A DNA stretch of 63,375 nt, filler included, from Caldilineae bacterium (GCA_037446815.1; 18 parts of 18 records of this genome joined end to end with filler, not necessarily neighbours in it); one strand, 5' to 3'. Positions 22,717 through 33,854 are shown, counted from the first letter of the whole stretch. Notes: generated by a model from the letters alone, not told the origin. Made by a program: numbers and translations.

Positions 22717-22867
22717 GATTCGGTTCCAAAGTCTGTTGGCACCTGCTGTCATTCTGAGCGGCGAAGCCGCGAAGAATCTCGCTGACCGAGATGCTTCGCC
22801 TTCGGCTCAGCATGACAGAGTGGGGAGGCGGCGCGCGGGACAGACCAACACAAGATGAAACCGACTC
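22717..22867. mobile_element. Complete 151-bp MITE, type 2 cargo
   Basis: Both ends present; flanks GGGTTTTC / GGATTTTC (7/8 TSD). Confidence 0.85.
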
Positions 22868-22906
22868 GGATTTTCGCCACGGAGTCGTAGGGGGAAGGGG
22901 AAAACA

Positions 22907-23003
22907 GATTTCACCGCGGAGGCGTAGAGATTTCACCGCGGAGGCGCGGAGGGCGCAGAGAAAATCCAAATTCCTCTGCGTCCTCTCCGTTCTCCGCGCT
23001 GAA
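22907..23003. repeat. CACCGCGGAGGCGCGGAG / CTCTGCGTCCTCTCCG inverted 9-mer-type repeat
   Basis: Duplicated GATTTCACCGCGGAGGCG plus an inverted partner. Confidence 0.6.
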
Positions 23004-23026
23004 CGTTCCTGCGGTGCGATGCTGTC

Positions 23027-23428
23027 CTATGCGCCGCCGGCGACGACCATCGCCATGGCGTAGTCTTTGGTGTGCGTGAGGCTAATGGCCCACCGGTTCA
23101 GGCCCAGTTCATCGGCCCGTTTGCGGGCGCGGCCCAACAGCCGCACGATGGGCTTGCCCCGGAAATCGGCGAGAATCTCCATCTCCGTCCAGTCTATCCC
23201 CATCAGGCCGGTGCCGAGGGCCTTGGAGATGGCTTCCTTGCCGGCGAACCGCACGGCCAGTTCCGGGATGCGCCCATCGCACAGCGCGATCTCGTTCGCG
23301 GTGTACACGCGGCGCAGGAACCGCTCGCCCCAGCGTTCCACCGCGCGCGCGATGCGCGGAACCTCTATCAAATCCACGCCGACCGACAGCGCGCCGTCGG
23401 CCGTCGGCGGGAAGGGAAAGGCTCTCAT
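23027..23428 (-). CDS. acpS: Holo-[acyl-carrier-protein] synthase
   Basis: [21 protein letters not shown] and ISLTH motifs. Confidence 0.92.
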   Translation of the reverse strand: MRAFPFPPTADGALSVGVDLIEVPRIARAVERWGERFLRRVYTANEIALCDGRIPELAVRFAGKEAISKALGTGLMGIDWTEMEILADFRGKPIVRLLGRARKRADELGLNRWAISLTHTKDYAMAMVVAGGA

Positions 23429-24756
23429 CGGTCGCGCACCAACCCGCCGTTGTGGCCGCGCCCCACGCCGCGGTAGATGAAGCCCAGTTCGCGCATGCGC
23501 GGCGGGTCGTAGATGTTGCGTCCATCCATCAGCACGGGCTGCTTCATGAGGTTCTTGATACGCTGCATGTCCAACTGCTTGAACTCGTTCCACTCGGTAA
23601 CGAGGATGAGCGCGTCGGCATCCTTGGCAACCTCGTAGGGGTCGTTGCAGTAGGTTACGGGCACGTCGGGCATGGCGCGCTTGGCCGACTCCATCGCCAC
23701 GGGGTCGTAGGCTTTCACCTGCGCGCCCTCGGCTACCAGAAGCCGCGCCAGCGTGATGGACGGCGCGTCGCGCATGTCATCCGTGTTGGGTTTGAACGCC
23801 AGCCCCAGCAGGCCCACAACCTTGCCCCGATAGGAGCCGAGGATGTCGCGCAGGTGGTTGATGATGCGCTTGCGCTGGTCGTAGTTGATCTCCATCACGG
23901 CGCGCAGGAGTTGGGGCCGCGTCCCGTGGGTAGTCGCCATGTGGATAAGCGCCTTGACGTCTTTGGGGAAGCAGGAGCCGCCCCAGCCGATGCCCGCGCC
24001 CAGGAACTGCGGGCCGATGCGCTTGTCGGTGCCCATGCCGCGCGCCACCTCTTTCACGTCGGCGCCAAGCGACTCGCAAATGGCAGCGATTTCGTTGATG
24101 AACGATATCTTGGTCGCCAGGAAGCAGTTGGAGGCGTACTTAATCATCTCGGCGGTGCGCAGGTCGGTGATGATGGTCTCGGCCTGGAGCGGGTAGTAGA
24201 GTTCGGCCACGCGCTCCGCGGCCTCGCGGCTCAGGGAACCCAGCACGATGCGGTCGGGGTTCATGAAGTCGTACACGCCCGAACCCTCGCGGAGGAACTC
24301 GGGGTTGGACACCACCCAGAAGGGGATGGACGGGTCGGGCATGTTCTCGCGGACGATGTCGGCGACCCAGTCGCCCGTGCCGATGGGCACGGTGCTCTTG
24401 TTGACGATGATGAGCGGGTGATCCAGCCGTTTGGCGATCTCCACCGCCGCGTCGTGCACGTGCTGGAGGTCGGCCTCGCCCTCAAGCCCCGACGGCGTCC
24501 CCACCGAGATGAAGACGAACTCCGCATCCTTCACGCCCTCGTCGTAGGACGTGGTGAAGAAGAGCCTGCCCGCCTCGCTGTTGCGGTGAACGATTTCCTC
24601 CAGCCCTGGCTCGTAGATGGGCAGGATACCCTTCCGCAGGTTGGCCGCCTTGCGCTCGTCTCGGTTCACGCACACTACGCGGTTGCCCAGGTCGGCCAGG
24701 CAAGCGCCCGTAACCAACCCCACATAGCCCACGCCGATCATGCAGATTCTCTTCAT
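23425..24756 (-). CDS. ugd: UDP-glucose/GDP-mannose dehydrogenase family, paralog 2
   Basis: [14 protein letters not shown] and GGSCFPKD motifs. Confidence 0.88.
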   Translation of the reverse strand: MKRICMIGVGYVGLVTGACLADLGNRVVCVNRDERKAANLRKGILPIYEPGLEEIVHRNSEAGRLFFTTSYDEGVKDAEFVFISVGTPSGLEGEADLQHVHDAAVEIAKRLDHPLIIVNKSTVPIGTGDWVADIVRENMPDPSIPFWVVSNPEFLREGSGVYDFMNPDRIVLGSLSREAAERVAELYYPLQAETIITDLRTAEMIKYASNCFLATKISFINEIAAICESLGADVKEVARGMGTDKRIGPQFLGAGIGWGGSCFPKDVKALIHMATTHGTRPQLLRAVMEINYDQRKRIINHLRDILGSYRGKVVGLLGLAFKPNTDDMRDAPSITLARLLVAEGAQVKAYDPVAMESAKRAMPDVPVTYCNDPYEVAKDADALILVTEWNEFKQLDMQRIKNLMKQPVLMDGRNIYDPPRMRELGFIYRGVGRGHNGGLVRDR

Positions 24757-24831
24757 GCTCTTGCTCCTTTGCAGTGATGAGCGAATCGGCAGGCCGATGG
24801 CGTGGAGAGGCCGCGCGCCTGCGATCCGCGA

Positions 24832-26136
24832 TTACACACCGTAGCCGCGACCGACCCCGCGGTACAAGAAGCCCAACTGCCGCATCGTTTCGGGGTCGTA
24901 GATATTCCGCCCGTCCACAATGATGGGGCGGCGCATGGCTTCCTTGATCCACTTCAAATCCAGGTGCTTGAACTCGTTCCACTCGGTGCAGATGACCAGC
25001 GCGTCGGCTCCCTGCGCCGCTTCGTAGGCGTTCTCGCAGAAGATGACGCCGTCCAGCAGCGCCTTGGCGTTCTTCATGGCCACGGGGTCGTAGGCGCGGA
25101 TGATGGCGCCCTCGTTCTGCAAGAGGTGGATGATTTCCACGGCGGGCGCTTCGCGCATGTCGTCGGTGTTGGGCTTGAAGGCCAGGCCCAGCACGCCGAT
25201 GACCTGCTCGTCCAGCGAGCCGAGGATGTCGCGGAGTTTCTGCACCAGGCGGCGGCGCTGGTCGCGGTTGATTTCCAGCACGGCGCGCAGGAGTTGCGGG
25301 TGGCAGCCGTGGATGGCGGCCATGTGCGCCAGCGCCTTCACATCCTTGGGGAAACACGACCCGCCAAACCCGATGCCCGCGTCCAGGAACGCGGAGCCGA
25401 TGCGCTTGTCGTAGCCCATGCCGGCGGCCACTTCTTTGACATCCGCGCCCAGGGCCTCGCAGATGGACGCGATTTCGTTGATGAACGAGATGCGGTTGGC
25501 CAAGAAGGCGTTGGAGGCGTACTTGATCATCTCGGCCGTGCGCAGGTCGGTGATGACGATCGGCGCGCGGAGCGACAGGTACAGTTGGGCCACCTGCTCG
25601 GCGGCTTCACGGTTCAGCGACCCCAGCACCACGCGGTCGGGGTTCATGAAGTCGTGCACGGCAGACCCTTCGCGGAGGAATTCTGGGTTGGACACCACGG
25701 CGAACGGCACATCGTTCTTCTTGTGTTTGTTGACGATGTCGGCGACCCAGTCGCCCGTGCCGATGGGCACCGTGCTCTTGTTGACGATGATGAGCGGGTG
25801 ATTCATGACCTCGGCGATGGCTTCGGCGGCCTGGCGCACGTACCGCAAATCGGCCTCGCCTTCTGTGCCCGAGGGCGTGCCCACGGCGATGAAGACGAAC
25901 TCGGCCTCGCGGATGCCCTCGGCGTAGGACGTGGTGAAGCGCAGGCGGCCCGACTGGACGTTGCGGCGGATGATTTCCTCTAGCCCAGGCTCGTAGATGG
26001 GCATGATGGCCTGGCGGAGGTTTTCTACCTTGTGTTCGTCAATGTCTACGATGGTAACCAGGTTGCCGAGGTCTGCAAAGCATGTGCCTGTGGTCAGCCC
26101 CACATAACCGGCGCCGATGACGCAGATTTTCTTCAA
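24832..26136 (-). CDS. ugd: UDP-glucose 6-dehydrogenase, paralog 1 (TTG start)
   Basis: [18 protein letters not shown] and GGSCFPKD motifs. Confidence 0.9.
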   Translation of the reverse strand: MKKICVIGAGYVGLTTGTCFADLGNLVTIVDIDEHKVENLRQAIMPIYEPGLEEIIRRNVQSGRLRFTTSYAEGIREAEFVFIAVGTPSGTEGEADLRYVRQAAEAIAEVMNHPLIIVNKSTVPIGTGDWVADIVNKHKKNDVPFAVVSNPEFLREGSAVHDFMNPDRVVLGSLNREAAEQVAQLYLSLRAPIVITDLRTAEMIKYASNAFLANRISFINEIASICEALGADVKEVAAGMGYDKRIGSAFLDAGIGFGGSCFPKDVKALAHMAAIHGCHPQLLRAVLEINRDQRRRLVQKLRDILGSLDEQVIGVLGLAFKPNTDDMREAPAVEIIHLLQNEGAIIRAYDPVAMKNAKALLDGVIFCENAYEAAQGADALVICTEWNEFKHLDLKWIKEAMRRPIIVDGRNIYDPETMRQLGFLYRGVGRGYGV

Positions 26137-26227
26137 TGAAACTCCACCTTCCCGACGAGATTTCCTTGCAAGCGGGCCACCGGAGACCCGTTACACATTA
26201 TAACCCTACCTGCCGGAGACCCCAAAC

Positions 26228-26297
26228 GACTCGGTTCTATGGTTCGGTTCCATCTTGTGTTGGTGAAACGCATGGACACTCTCCTCGTGTGTCGTTG
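26228..26297. mobile_element. MITE end(s), truncated by gap
   Basis: Partial end at 26228; full end GGTTCGGTTCCATCTTGTGTTGGT at 26241. Confidence 0.7.
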
Positions 26298-26484
26298 NNN
26301 NNNNNNNNNNNNNNNNNNNNNNNNNNNNNNNNNNNNNNNNNTTAATTAATTAANNNNNNNNNNNNNNNNNNNNNNNNNNNNNNNNNNNNNNNNNNNNTTC
26401 GTGGATGAAACCCTGTGCGATCGCCCTGCGCGCAATGACGGGCGGGGCCACAGGAGACCAGAACATGAGACCAGGAGGTGCGCC

Positions 26485-28371
26485 ATGGCAGAGGCAGAAC
26501 GGTTCGGCTACCACAACCGCATCCTGCGGGTCAACCTGACAACCGGCGACATTCGCGACGAACACCCAGGCGACGAGTTCTACCGGATGTACCTGGGGGG
26601 CCGCAACGTCATCGCCCACACGCTGCTGCGCGAAGTGGCCGGGGACGCCGACCCGCTGGGGCCGGACAATCGGCTGATTTTCGCCGCCGGCGTGATTACA
26701 GGCGCGCCCGTTGCAGGCGCGGGCCGCAACAGCGTTGGGGCGCGCTCGCCCCTCACCGGCGGGTACGGCGACGCCGAGGCGGGCGGATTCTGGGGCGCGG
26801 AACTCAAGCGCGCCGGGTTTGACGCCGTCATCGTGGAAGGCGCGGCGGAAAAGCCGGTCTACGTGTACATCCGCGACGGGCAGGCCGAAATCCGCTCGGC
26901 AGCGCACCTGTGGGGACTCCCCACCGCCGAGGCGCAGGACGCCATCCGCCGCGAGTTGGGCGAGCACGGCGTGCGCGTGGCCCAGATCGGCCCCGCGGGC
27001 GAGCGGCAGGTTCGCCTCGCCTGCATCGCCAACGACCTCACGCACTTCTACGGGCGCACCGGCTTGGGCGCGGTCATGGGCGCCAAGCGCCTGCGGGCGA
27101 TTGCCGTGCGGGGGACGGTTCCCGTGCCGCTCGCCAACCCCGACGGCGTGCGGGCCTTGGCGCGCTGGCTGGCCGCCAACGACGAGAAACTCAACGCCGG
27201 CTTCCGCGACACGGGAACCGCCGGCGGCGTGCAGTACCTGAACGCCAGCGGGGGATTGCCCACCCGCAACTTCCGACAAGGGCATTTTGAGGACGCCATC
27301 CGCATCGCGGGCGAGACCATGCGCGACGAGATTCTGGTGAATCGCGGATCGTGTTGGGCGTGCATCGTGCGTTGCAAGCGGATTGTGGGCGGGGTGCACG
27401 GGGCGCGCGTGTTGCATCCCACCTACGGCGGCCCTGAGTACGAATCGGTCGCGGCGCTGGGTTCGTGTTGTGGGGTCAGCGACCTGGCCGCCGTGGCCCT
27501 GGCCAACGAGCGGTGCGCGGCCCTGGGGCTGGACACCATCGGCACCGGCATGGCCATCGCCTTCGCCATGGAGTGCTACGAGAACGGCATCCTGACGCGG
27601 GCGGACGCGGACGGGCTAGACTTGCGCTTCGGCAACGCAGATGCCATGCTGGCGATGGTGGAGGCCATCGGCGCGCGGCGCGGGCTTGGGAACATCCTCG
27701 CCGAGGGCACGGAGCGGGCGGCCCGAATCATCGGGCGCGGGGCCGAGCGGTTCGTGATGACGGTCAAGGGGCAGGAGATTCCCATGCACGAACCTCGGTT
27801 CAAGCACGGCCTGGGCATCGGCTACGCCGTCTCGCCCACGGGCGCCGATCACATGCACAACATGCACGACGACGGGCTGTCCAGGATGGGCCGCTCGTTC
27901 CGAGAGCGGTTCGGCCCGCTGGGCATCCTGTCGCCGATGCCGGTCAACGACCTGAGCGAGCGCAAGGTGCGGGCCTTCTACTACGTGTCCACGTGGAACC
28001 ACCTGTACAACAGCCTGGGCCTGTGCCAGTTCATGCCCTATTCGCCGAATCAGGTTGTGGATTTGGTGCGGGACATCACGGGGTGGAACGCGAGTCTGTG
28101 GGAACTGATGAAGGCATCGGAGCGGGGGCAGCAGATGGCGCGCCTGTTCAACCTTCGGTGCGGCTTCGCTGCCGCCGACGACCGCCTGCCGCGCCGATTC
28201 CACGAGGCCTTCGCCGACGGGCCGTTGGCGGGCGTGGCGCTCAACCCCGGCGAGTTCAACCGCGCCCTGGCGCTCTACTACGGCATGATGGGTTGGGACG
28301 ACGAGGGGCGGCCCACGGCGGCGCGGCTGGCCGAGTTGGGCCTGGACTGGGCGCGAGGTGGCGATGCCTAG
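26485..28371 (+). CDS. aor: Aldehyde:ferredoxin oxidoreductase family (tungstopterin)
   Basis: ILRVNL, GPAGE, GRTGLGAVMGAK, CxxCxxxC, GPEYE and GLDTI motifs. Confidence 0.92.
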   Translation: MAEAERFGYHNRILRVNLTTGDIRDEHPGDEFYRMYLGGRNVIAHTLLREVAGDADPLGPDNRLIFAAGVITGAPVAGAGRNSVGARSPLTGGYGDAEAGGFWGAELKRAGFDAVIVEGAAEKPVYVYIRDGQAEIRSAAHLWGLPTAEAQDAIRRELGEHGVRVAQIGPAGERQVRLACIANDLTHFYGRTGLGAVMGAKRLRAIAVRGTVPVPLANPDGVRALARWLAANDEKLNAGFRDTGTAGGVQYLNASGGLPTRNFRQGHFEDAIRIAGETMRDEILVNRGSCWACIVRCKRIVGGVHGARVLHPTYGGPEYESVAALGSCCGVSDLAAVALANERCAALGLDTIGTGMAIAFAMECYENGILTRADADGLDLRFGNADAMLAMVEAIGARRGLGNILAEGTERAARIIGRGAERFVMTVKGQEIPMHEPRFKHGLGIGYAVSPTGADHMHNMHDDGLSRMGRSFRERFGPLGILSPMPVNDLSERKVRAFYYVSTWNHLYNSLGLCQFMPYSPNQVVDLVRDITGWNASLWELMKASERGQQMARLFNLRCGFAAADDRLPRRFHEAFADGPLAGVALNPGEFNRALALYYGMMGWDDEGRPTAARLAELGLDWARGGDA

Positions 28372-29038
28372 CGCGTCGCCCTGGAGAATTGTCCTGGCGT
28401 CCAGGAGTCCGCGCCGCAGGGATCTCTTCCGCCTGCTGGGGCTGGACTTCGCGGTGGATTCGTCCGATGCCGATGAGGACATCGCGGACGGGTTGACGCC
28501 CGCGGAGGCGGTGCGCGCCCTAAGTCGGCGCAAGGCTCGCGTGGTTGCAGCCCGCCACCCCGACGCGCTGGTCATCGGCGCGGACACCATCGTGGTGATA
28601 GACGGCGACATCCTCGGCAAGCCCGCCAACGCGGATGAGGCCGTGGCCATGTTGCGGCGCCTGCGTGGACGGGCCCACGACGTGTTGAGCGGCGTAACCC
28701 TCATCACGCCCACGGGCGTGGAGATCACCGGGTGCGCCGAGAGTCGCGTGGTCATGCGCCACTACACCGACGCGGAGATTCAGGCCTACGTGGACAGCGG
28801 CGACCCGATGGACAAGGCGGGCGCCTACGCCATCCAGAACCACGCCTTTCATCCGGTGGCCGAGATTCAGGGGTGCTACGCCAGCGTGATGGGGATGCCG
28901 CTGTGCCATCTGGCGCGCGCGTTCTGGCAGGTCGGCGCGCCGCTGGATGTGGATGTGCCCGCGTTGTGTCGGGCGGAGACCGGCTACCCGTGCGCGGTGT
29001 ACGCGCAATTCTGGCCCGGGCGCATGCCGCCGCGCTAG
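28364..29038 (+). CDS. maf: Maf-like nucleotide pyrophosphatase
   Basis: [14 protein letters not shown] and DKAGAYAIQ motifs. Confidence 0.92.
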   Translation: MPSASPWRIVLASRSPRRRDLFRLLGLDFAVDSSDADEDIADGLTPAEAVRALSRRKARVVAARHPDALVIGADTIVVIDGDILGKPANADEAVAMLRRLRGRAHDVLSGVTLITPTGVEITGCAESRVVMRHYTDAEIQAYVDSGDPMDKAGAYAIQNHAFHPVAEIQGCYASVMGMPLCHLARAFWQVGAPLDVDVPALCRAETGYPCAVYAQFWPGRMPPR

Positions 29039-29962
29039 GCCGGGCCGTGGAATGCCGGCCAAATGTAGAAGGCCCAAGCCACCGCATTCAGCGCCAGCAG
29101 CGCACCTCCGACGACGAGCGGCAGCCATCGCTTAGCCCCCGACGGGAGCCACCAGGCCCAACCCGCGACGAGGCAACAGGCGATGGGGCCGACGGCGGGG
29201 AGCAGATAGCGGCCCTGCTGGGGAATGCCCTGGGCGACCGCTGCTGCCGCGACCTGGAGCAGGGCGAGCGCCGCGGCTACGGCCACCAGCATCTGCGGCG
29301 GGGATAGTGGGCCGCGCGCGCTGCGGATGCCGCGAACCCACCCCAGCGCCGCCGCTCCCGTAAGGCACGCCAGGGCCGCGTACCACCCGACGCCCATCCG
29401 CACCGTGAGCCATCCGAACGCCCCCCAGAAACTGGCGAAGGCAATGCCCAGCGACCGCACGTATCCGGCCAATGCCGCGGGCGTCCAGGCGGCGGGCGAG
29501 AACGCGCGCGCCAGCCATTCCGCGCGGATGCCCAGCAGCCCGTCGGGCGAGGCGCCCGGGTAGGGCCAGCCCTGGCCCGGCGCGGCGAGGGGCGGGCGGA
29601 CAAGGGGCCACGCTGCCGGGAGGATGCACGCGAGGGCAACGGCAAGGCCCGCGCCAACGGCCCACGAGACCCGCCGGCGACTCCGGGCAGCCCCCGTCCG
29701 TCCGTTGAGGAGCAGGAACAGCGCCAGGGTGGGTATCAGGAACAGCGCGGTGCGCTTGGTGAGCAGCGCGCCAGCCACCAGCAGCCCTAACGCTGCCCCC
29801 CGCGCTGGCGTGATGGGCGCGCCGACCCAGCGGGCCATCGCCCAGAGGGATGCCGCGCCGAGCAGAGCGGCCAGCGCGTCGCTGTTGGCCCCCGCCGTCA
29901 TGTAAGCGCGCATGGGCAGGAGCGCGACGAAGGCAAGGGAAGCCCGCTGCAGGTGCGGCGAG
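29035..29962 (-). CDS. Polytopic membrane protein, GT-C/DUF2142-like (5' truncated)
   Basis: ANSD, LTK, SFWGAFGW and QGRYL motifs; many TMs. Confidence 0.6.
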
Positions 29963-30062
29963 NNNNNNNNNNNNNNNNNNNNNNNNNNNNNNNNNNNNNN
30001 NNNNNNTTAATTAATTAANNNNNNNNNNNNNNNNNNNNNNNNNNNNNNNNNNNNNNNNNNNN

Positions 30063-30561
30063 CCCAGAGCGGAACCTGCACCAGGAGCGGCTTGTCGCTG
30101 GCGGCGCGGAGGCAGGCAGCGGTCTCTGCGGCCTCGTCCGGGGGCAGGGCATCGGCGCGCCATTCCAGCGCCGCCACCTCTCGCACCTCCTCTAGGATCT
30201 CGGCGCACGCGGCCAACTCCGCGGGCGAGTCGCCGGCCACGTGGGCGATGACGGGCGGCCTGGCCCGTCGCCAGCGCGCGCCCCAGTGGCGCAGGGTCGT
30301 TCGCGCCGCTGTCGGCCCGCCGCCATCCATGACCACGCCCGCCGGCACCAGGGCGAAACGCGGCGGCCTGCCAGACGCCCGCGCGGCCAGCGGCAGGGTT
30401 ACCACCGCGCCGAGCGCCGAGGCGTCCACTACATCGGGCGCGGCCCCATATCCCGCCGCCCCGCTCCCCAGCAGAATCGGCGTGGACAGCGCCAGCCCCA
30501 TCTTGTGCCCAGGGGCCAGATCCACCGACAGGTTCACGGGCAACCGCGCCGTTTCGCTCAT
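30063..30561 (-). CDS. Degenerate dihydroorotate dehydrogenase-like protein (3' truncated)
   Basis: PILLGSG..GYG, LGAVVT, PPR and PVIA follow PyrD, but catalytic motifs are altered. Confidence 0.65.
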
Positions 30562-30563
30562 GC

Positions 30564-31319
30564 TCACACCACGTCGCGTAGGTCAAACACCGGGCCGTCG
30601 GCGCAGACGCGCGCGGAGCCGCGCCGCAGGCGGGTGCGACACTGCCCGCACACGCCCAATCCACACGCGATGGGGCGCCGCGCCAGCACCTGGCAGAATC
30701 CCCGTGCGTAGCGCAGCCGCACCCGCTGAACGGCCTCGGAGATGGCCAGGTACAGCGCAGGCGACCCCGCCGCACAGACCGCATCGGCCCAGCGCAGTGT
30801 TTCATCCAGCGCCGCCGCAAGCGCCTCCACGCCGACCGCCGAGCGGTATTCCGCCGCCGACGGCAACAGGCCGGGCGGCAAAAGCCCGGCGCGGCTGAAC
30901 GGGCTCCACGCCAGGGCCGATACCTCCAGCCGCCGCGCCGCCGCCTCCTGCACCAGCGCCAGCAGCGGAAGCCCGTCCATCCCCTCGGAGACCACCAGCA
31001 GATTGCGCGCCGCGGCGTTCAGCGCGAAGCCGTTGCCCAGGGGCCCCGTAACCTGAATCGGCCGCTCCGAGCCTAGCGTCGCCAGCCAGCGGTCGCGGTC
31101 GTCCATCTGGAGCAGGCACCCCAGGTCCTCTGCTGAGATGTGGGTGGGGAAAATCGGCGCGGGCAGGTACGGCTCCATGCGGTGCGGCTCGGCCACCGTG
31201 ATGAACTGCCCGGGCCGCAGGAAGGCCGCCACCTCGGGCGCGCGCACCCGAAGCCAGAGCAAATCCGGCTCCAGCACGCGAGCCTCGGCCACCTGCGCGC
31301 GGATCACCCGAGCGGCCAT
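30564..31319 (-). CDS. PyrK-like electron-transfer subunit (FAD/[2Fe-2S])
   Basis: RPGQF, GPLGNGF and ACGLGVCGQC...VCADGPVF motifs. Confidence 0.8.
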   Translation of the reverse strand: MAARVIRAQVAEARVLEPDLLWLRVRAPEVAAFLRPGQFITVAEPHRMEPYLPAPIFPTHISAEDLGCLLQMDDRDRWLATLGSERPIQVTGPLGNGFALNAAARNLLVVSEGMDGLPLLALVQEAAARRLEVSALAWSPFSRAGLLPPGLLPSAAEYRSAVGVEALAAALDETLRWADAVCAAGSPALYLAISEAVQRVRLRYARGFCQVLARRPIACGLGVCGQCRTRLRRGSARVCADGPVFDLRDVV

Positions 31320-31329
31320 GGCCCGCGCC

Positions 31330-32418
31330 TCACGCCGACAGGCTCTGGCGCAGCGCATCGGCCACGCGGAAGGGATCGCTGCTGACGACACTGGAGCCGA
31401 AGAATTCCATCGCGCCCACGTCCGACATCTTGCTATGGAGCGGGCCGCGATCCAGGATGCGGGCAATGACCGGGAAGCCTGTCCAGTCCTCGGGCACCGA
31501 ATCTATGGGATGCCACAGCAGGGCCAGGTTGAAACTTCGCACGCCCAGGTGGTGGATGTATGCCTGCAGCGCCCCGTAGATGCCGTGGACGAAGGCCGGC
31601 CCGATGCGGTTGGCGACGACCCAGACCTCCTTCTCCTTCTTGGGCGCCAGGTAGGCAAAGACGTGCGCGCCCTGGGTTTGCACGCCCAGGCCGAGCGCCT
31701 CGTGCACCGCGCACAGGTCCGCGAAGTAGTCCGCGCCGTGGCCGATGCGGTACAGGAGCGCCGCGCGCCGCAACGCCTCCACCTGCGCGTAGTGTATGCC
31801 CTTGCCCAGCACCGCCTGCATGTGGCCGTGCACCCGCGAAGCCGCCGCCCGCCACAGACAGTTCCAGAACAGCGTGAAGTAGCGCGCGTCGGCGTCGGCG
31901 GAATGGGCCAGCCGCGCCCAGGTCAGGGCCGTTTCCAGCGCGTCGGCGATGGCCGCCTCGGTGAAGGCCAGCGGGTCGTGCTCGTCAAAGATGATGACGG
32001 AGTGGAAGCGTTCAATGGGCACAAGGTTGGCCGCCGTTACCGAATGCGCCCCGCGCACCCGCCCGAACGAGTTCTCGGTCGTCCGCTCCAGCGGCGCGCA
32101 GAACGGGTCATCCGGGCCTGGCCCGGGAATCTCCGCCTGAGCCGCACCGCGCTCATCATGGGGGCGGCGCTGGCGCAGCGGGTTGAACAGCGTGCCGTCC
32201 AGGGTGATGAGGTTGGTAACCCGCACCAATGTTTGGCGCAGCACCGGCTCCACCCCGCCGAACAGCGCCTCCACCTCGGCCCTCATCGTCGGGGGAATCA
32301 CCACGTCGGCGGTATCCGTCGCCACGAGGAAGATGCGGGCAAAGCGCTCGCGTTCGGCCTCCGGCAGGGCGGCCACAAGGGACTCCAGGTCAGCAATGGT
32401 GCGTTCGCGTTCGGTCAT
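31330..32418 (-). CDS. GalT/HIT-superfamily nucleotidyltransferase-like protein
   Basis: RxxRP, DPFC and WN..AAS..HGHMQ (HxHxQ) motifs. Confidence 0.7.
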   Translation of the reverse strand: MTERERTIADLESLVAALPEAERERFARIFLVATDTADVVIPPTMRAEVEALFGGVEPVLRQTLVRVTNLITLDGTLFNPLRQRRPHDERGAAQAEIPGPGPDDPFCAPLERTTENSFGRVRGAHSVTAANLVPIERFHSVIIFDEHDPLAFTEAAIADALETALTWARLAHSADADARYFTLFWNCLWRAAASRVHGHMQAVLGKGIHYAQVEALRRAALLYRIGHGADYFADLCAVHEALGLGVQTQGAHVFAYLAPKKEKEVWVVANRIGPAFVHGIYGALQAYIHHLGVRSFNLALLWHPIDSVPEDWTGFPVIARILDRGPLHSKMSDVGAMEFFGSSVVSSDPFRVADALRQSLSA

Positions 32419-32436
32419 GTTCTCCTCGCCTGTCGT

Positions 32437-33450
32437 CTAGTACCCCACGGTCTTGTCCACCAGGTTCAGCAGCGGCTCGCCGGCCAGATAGCGCCGCAGG
32501 TTCTCGGCGAACAGGTCGGTGGCGCGGTCATTGTAGGCGGCCGTCGCGCCCGAAACGTGCGGCGTCAGGATGACGTTGGGCAGGTCGTACAGGGGGCTGT
32601 CGGGCGGAAGCGGCTCCTGCCAGAAAACATCCAGCCCCGCCCCGGCGATGCGGCCCTCCCGCAAGGCGCGGATGAGCGCCTCTTCGTCCACCACCTCGCC
32701 CCGCGAGATGTTCACGAAGTACGCCGTGGGCTTCATGGCGCGGATGACCGACTCGCTTACGATGCCCCGCGTCTCCGGCGTGAGCGGCAGCGCCACCACC
32801 ACATAGTCGCAGGCCGAGACCATCTCCTCCAGTTGGCGCGGCCCGAAAACCTCGTCCACGTACTCCATCTTCGCGTCGCCCGCGCCCGGTACCCGATAGC
32901 CGCCGTCCTCACGCTTGGCGGGGTCGCGCTTGGAGGCCAGCACCCGCATGCCAAACGCCTTGGCGAGCCGCCCGATTTCGCGCCCGATGCTCCCGTAGCC
33001 GATGATGCCGAGGGTCGCGCCGCGCAGTTCCGCGCCCAGCAGGGCCGACCAGCGCCCCTTGGGCCATTCGTGCTTCTGCTGCATGGGAAGATACACGTGG
33101 AACCGACGGGCGAAGGCCAGCATGGAGCCGAAGACGTACTCGGCGATGGGGATGGCGTGGATGCCGCTGGCCGTCGTGATGGCGATGTCCGACCGCATGA
33201 TGGGCTTGTCCAGCACGTGATCGGCGCCCGCGCTGGACAGTTGCACCCACTTGAGGTGCGGCGCCTGCTCAGGCGAGAAGTCCGCGTGGTACGTGTACAG
33301 GACTTCCGGCTCGCCCAGGAGGGGCAGCATGTCTTCGGGCGTCTTGCAGGTAACCTGCGCCACCTCCAGGCGTGGCGAGACGGCCCGCAGGCGCTGGAGT
33401 TGCTCCTCCGAGAGTTTCATCACGCTGAGTACTTTGACCTTGTCCGTCAT
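32437..33450 (-). CDS. D-2-hydroxyacid dehydrogenase family
   Basis: GYGSIG, NISRG, LDVF..EP and TPH motifs. Confidence 0.92.
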   Translation of the reverse strand: MTDKVKVLSVMKLSEEQLQRLRAVSPRLEVAQVTCKTPEDMLPLLGEPEVLYTYHADFSPEQAPHLKWVQLSSAGADHVLDKPIMRSDIAITTASGIHAIPIAEYVFGSMLAFARRFHVYLPMQQKHEWPKGRWSALLGAELRGATLGIIGYGSIGREIGRLAKAFGMRVLASKRDPAKREDGGYRVPGAGDAKMEYVDEVFGPRQLEEMVSACDYVVVALPLTPETRGIVSESVIRAMKPTAYFVNISRGEVVDEEALIRALREGRIAGAGLDVFWQEPLPPDSPLYDLPNVILTPHVSGATAAYNDRATDLFAENLRRYLAGEPLLNLVDKTVGY

Positions 33451-33479
33451 CGTCGCGCTCCGTGGGAAGATTCCGTATC

Positions 33480-33508
33480 AGTATAACAACACAGGGCGTT
33501 CTCGTCCA
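33480..33508 (-). promoter_or_regulatory. Promoter TGGACG-17-TATACT; contig ends 15 bp beyond the -35 box
   Basis: Extended -10 TGTTATACT. Confidence 0.6.
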
Positions 33509-33623
33509 GAATCGCCCGCCGCGNNNNNNNNNNNNNNNNNNNNNNNNNNNNNNNNNNNNNNNNNNNNTTAATTAATTAANNNNNNNNNNNNNNNNNNNNN
33601 NNNNNNNNNNNNNNNNNNNNNNN

Positions 33624-33773
33624 GACTCGGTTCCATCTTGTGTTGGTGAAACGCATGGACACTCTCCTCGTGTGTCGTTGCGAGCGAAGCGAAGCAACCT
33701 CACGCCCCGGCGATTGCTTCGGGCGCTGCGCGCCCTCGCAATGACAAACACCAACAGACTTTGGAACCGAATG
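33624..33773. mobile_element. Complete 150-bp MITE, type 1 cargo
   Basis: Both ends present; 15 bp before TTGGTC-17-TACAAT. Confidence 0.85.
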
Positions 33774-33854
33774 ACCCAACGGCCTCGCTTGGTCTCTGGG
33801 CGCCATGGTGGTACAATGGGCGCAGTATCGCACGGGAGGAGAAAACAGAAGCGT

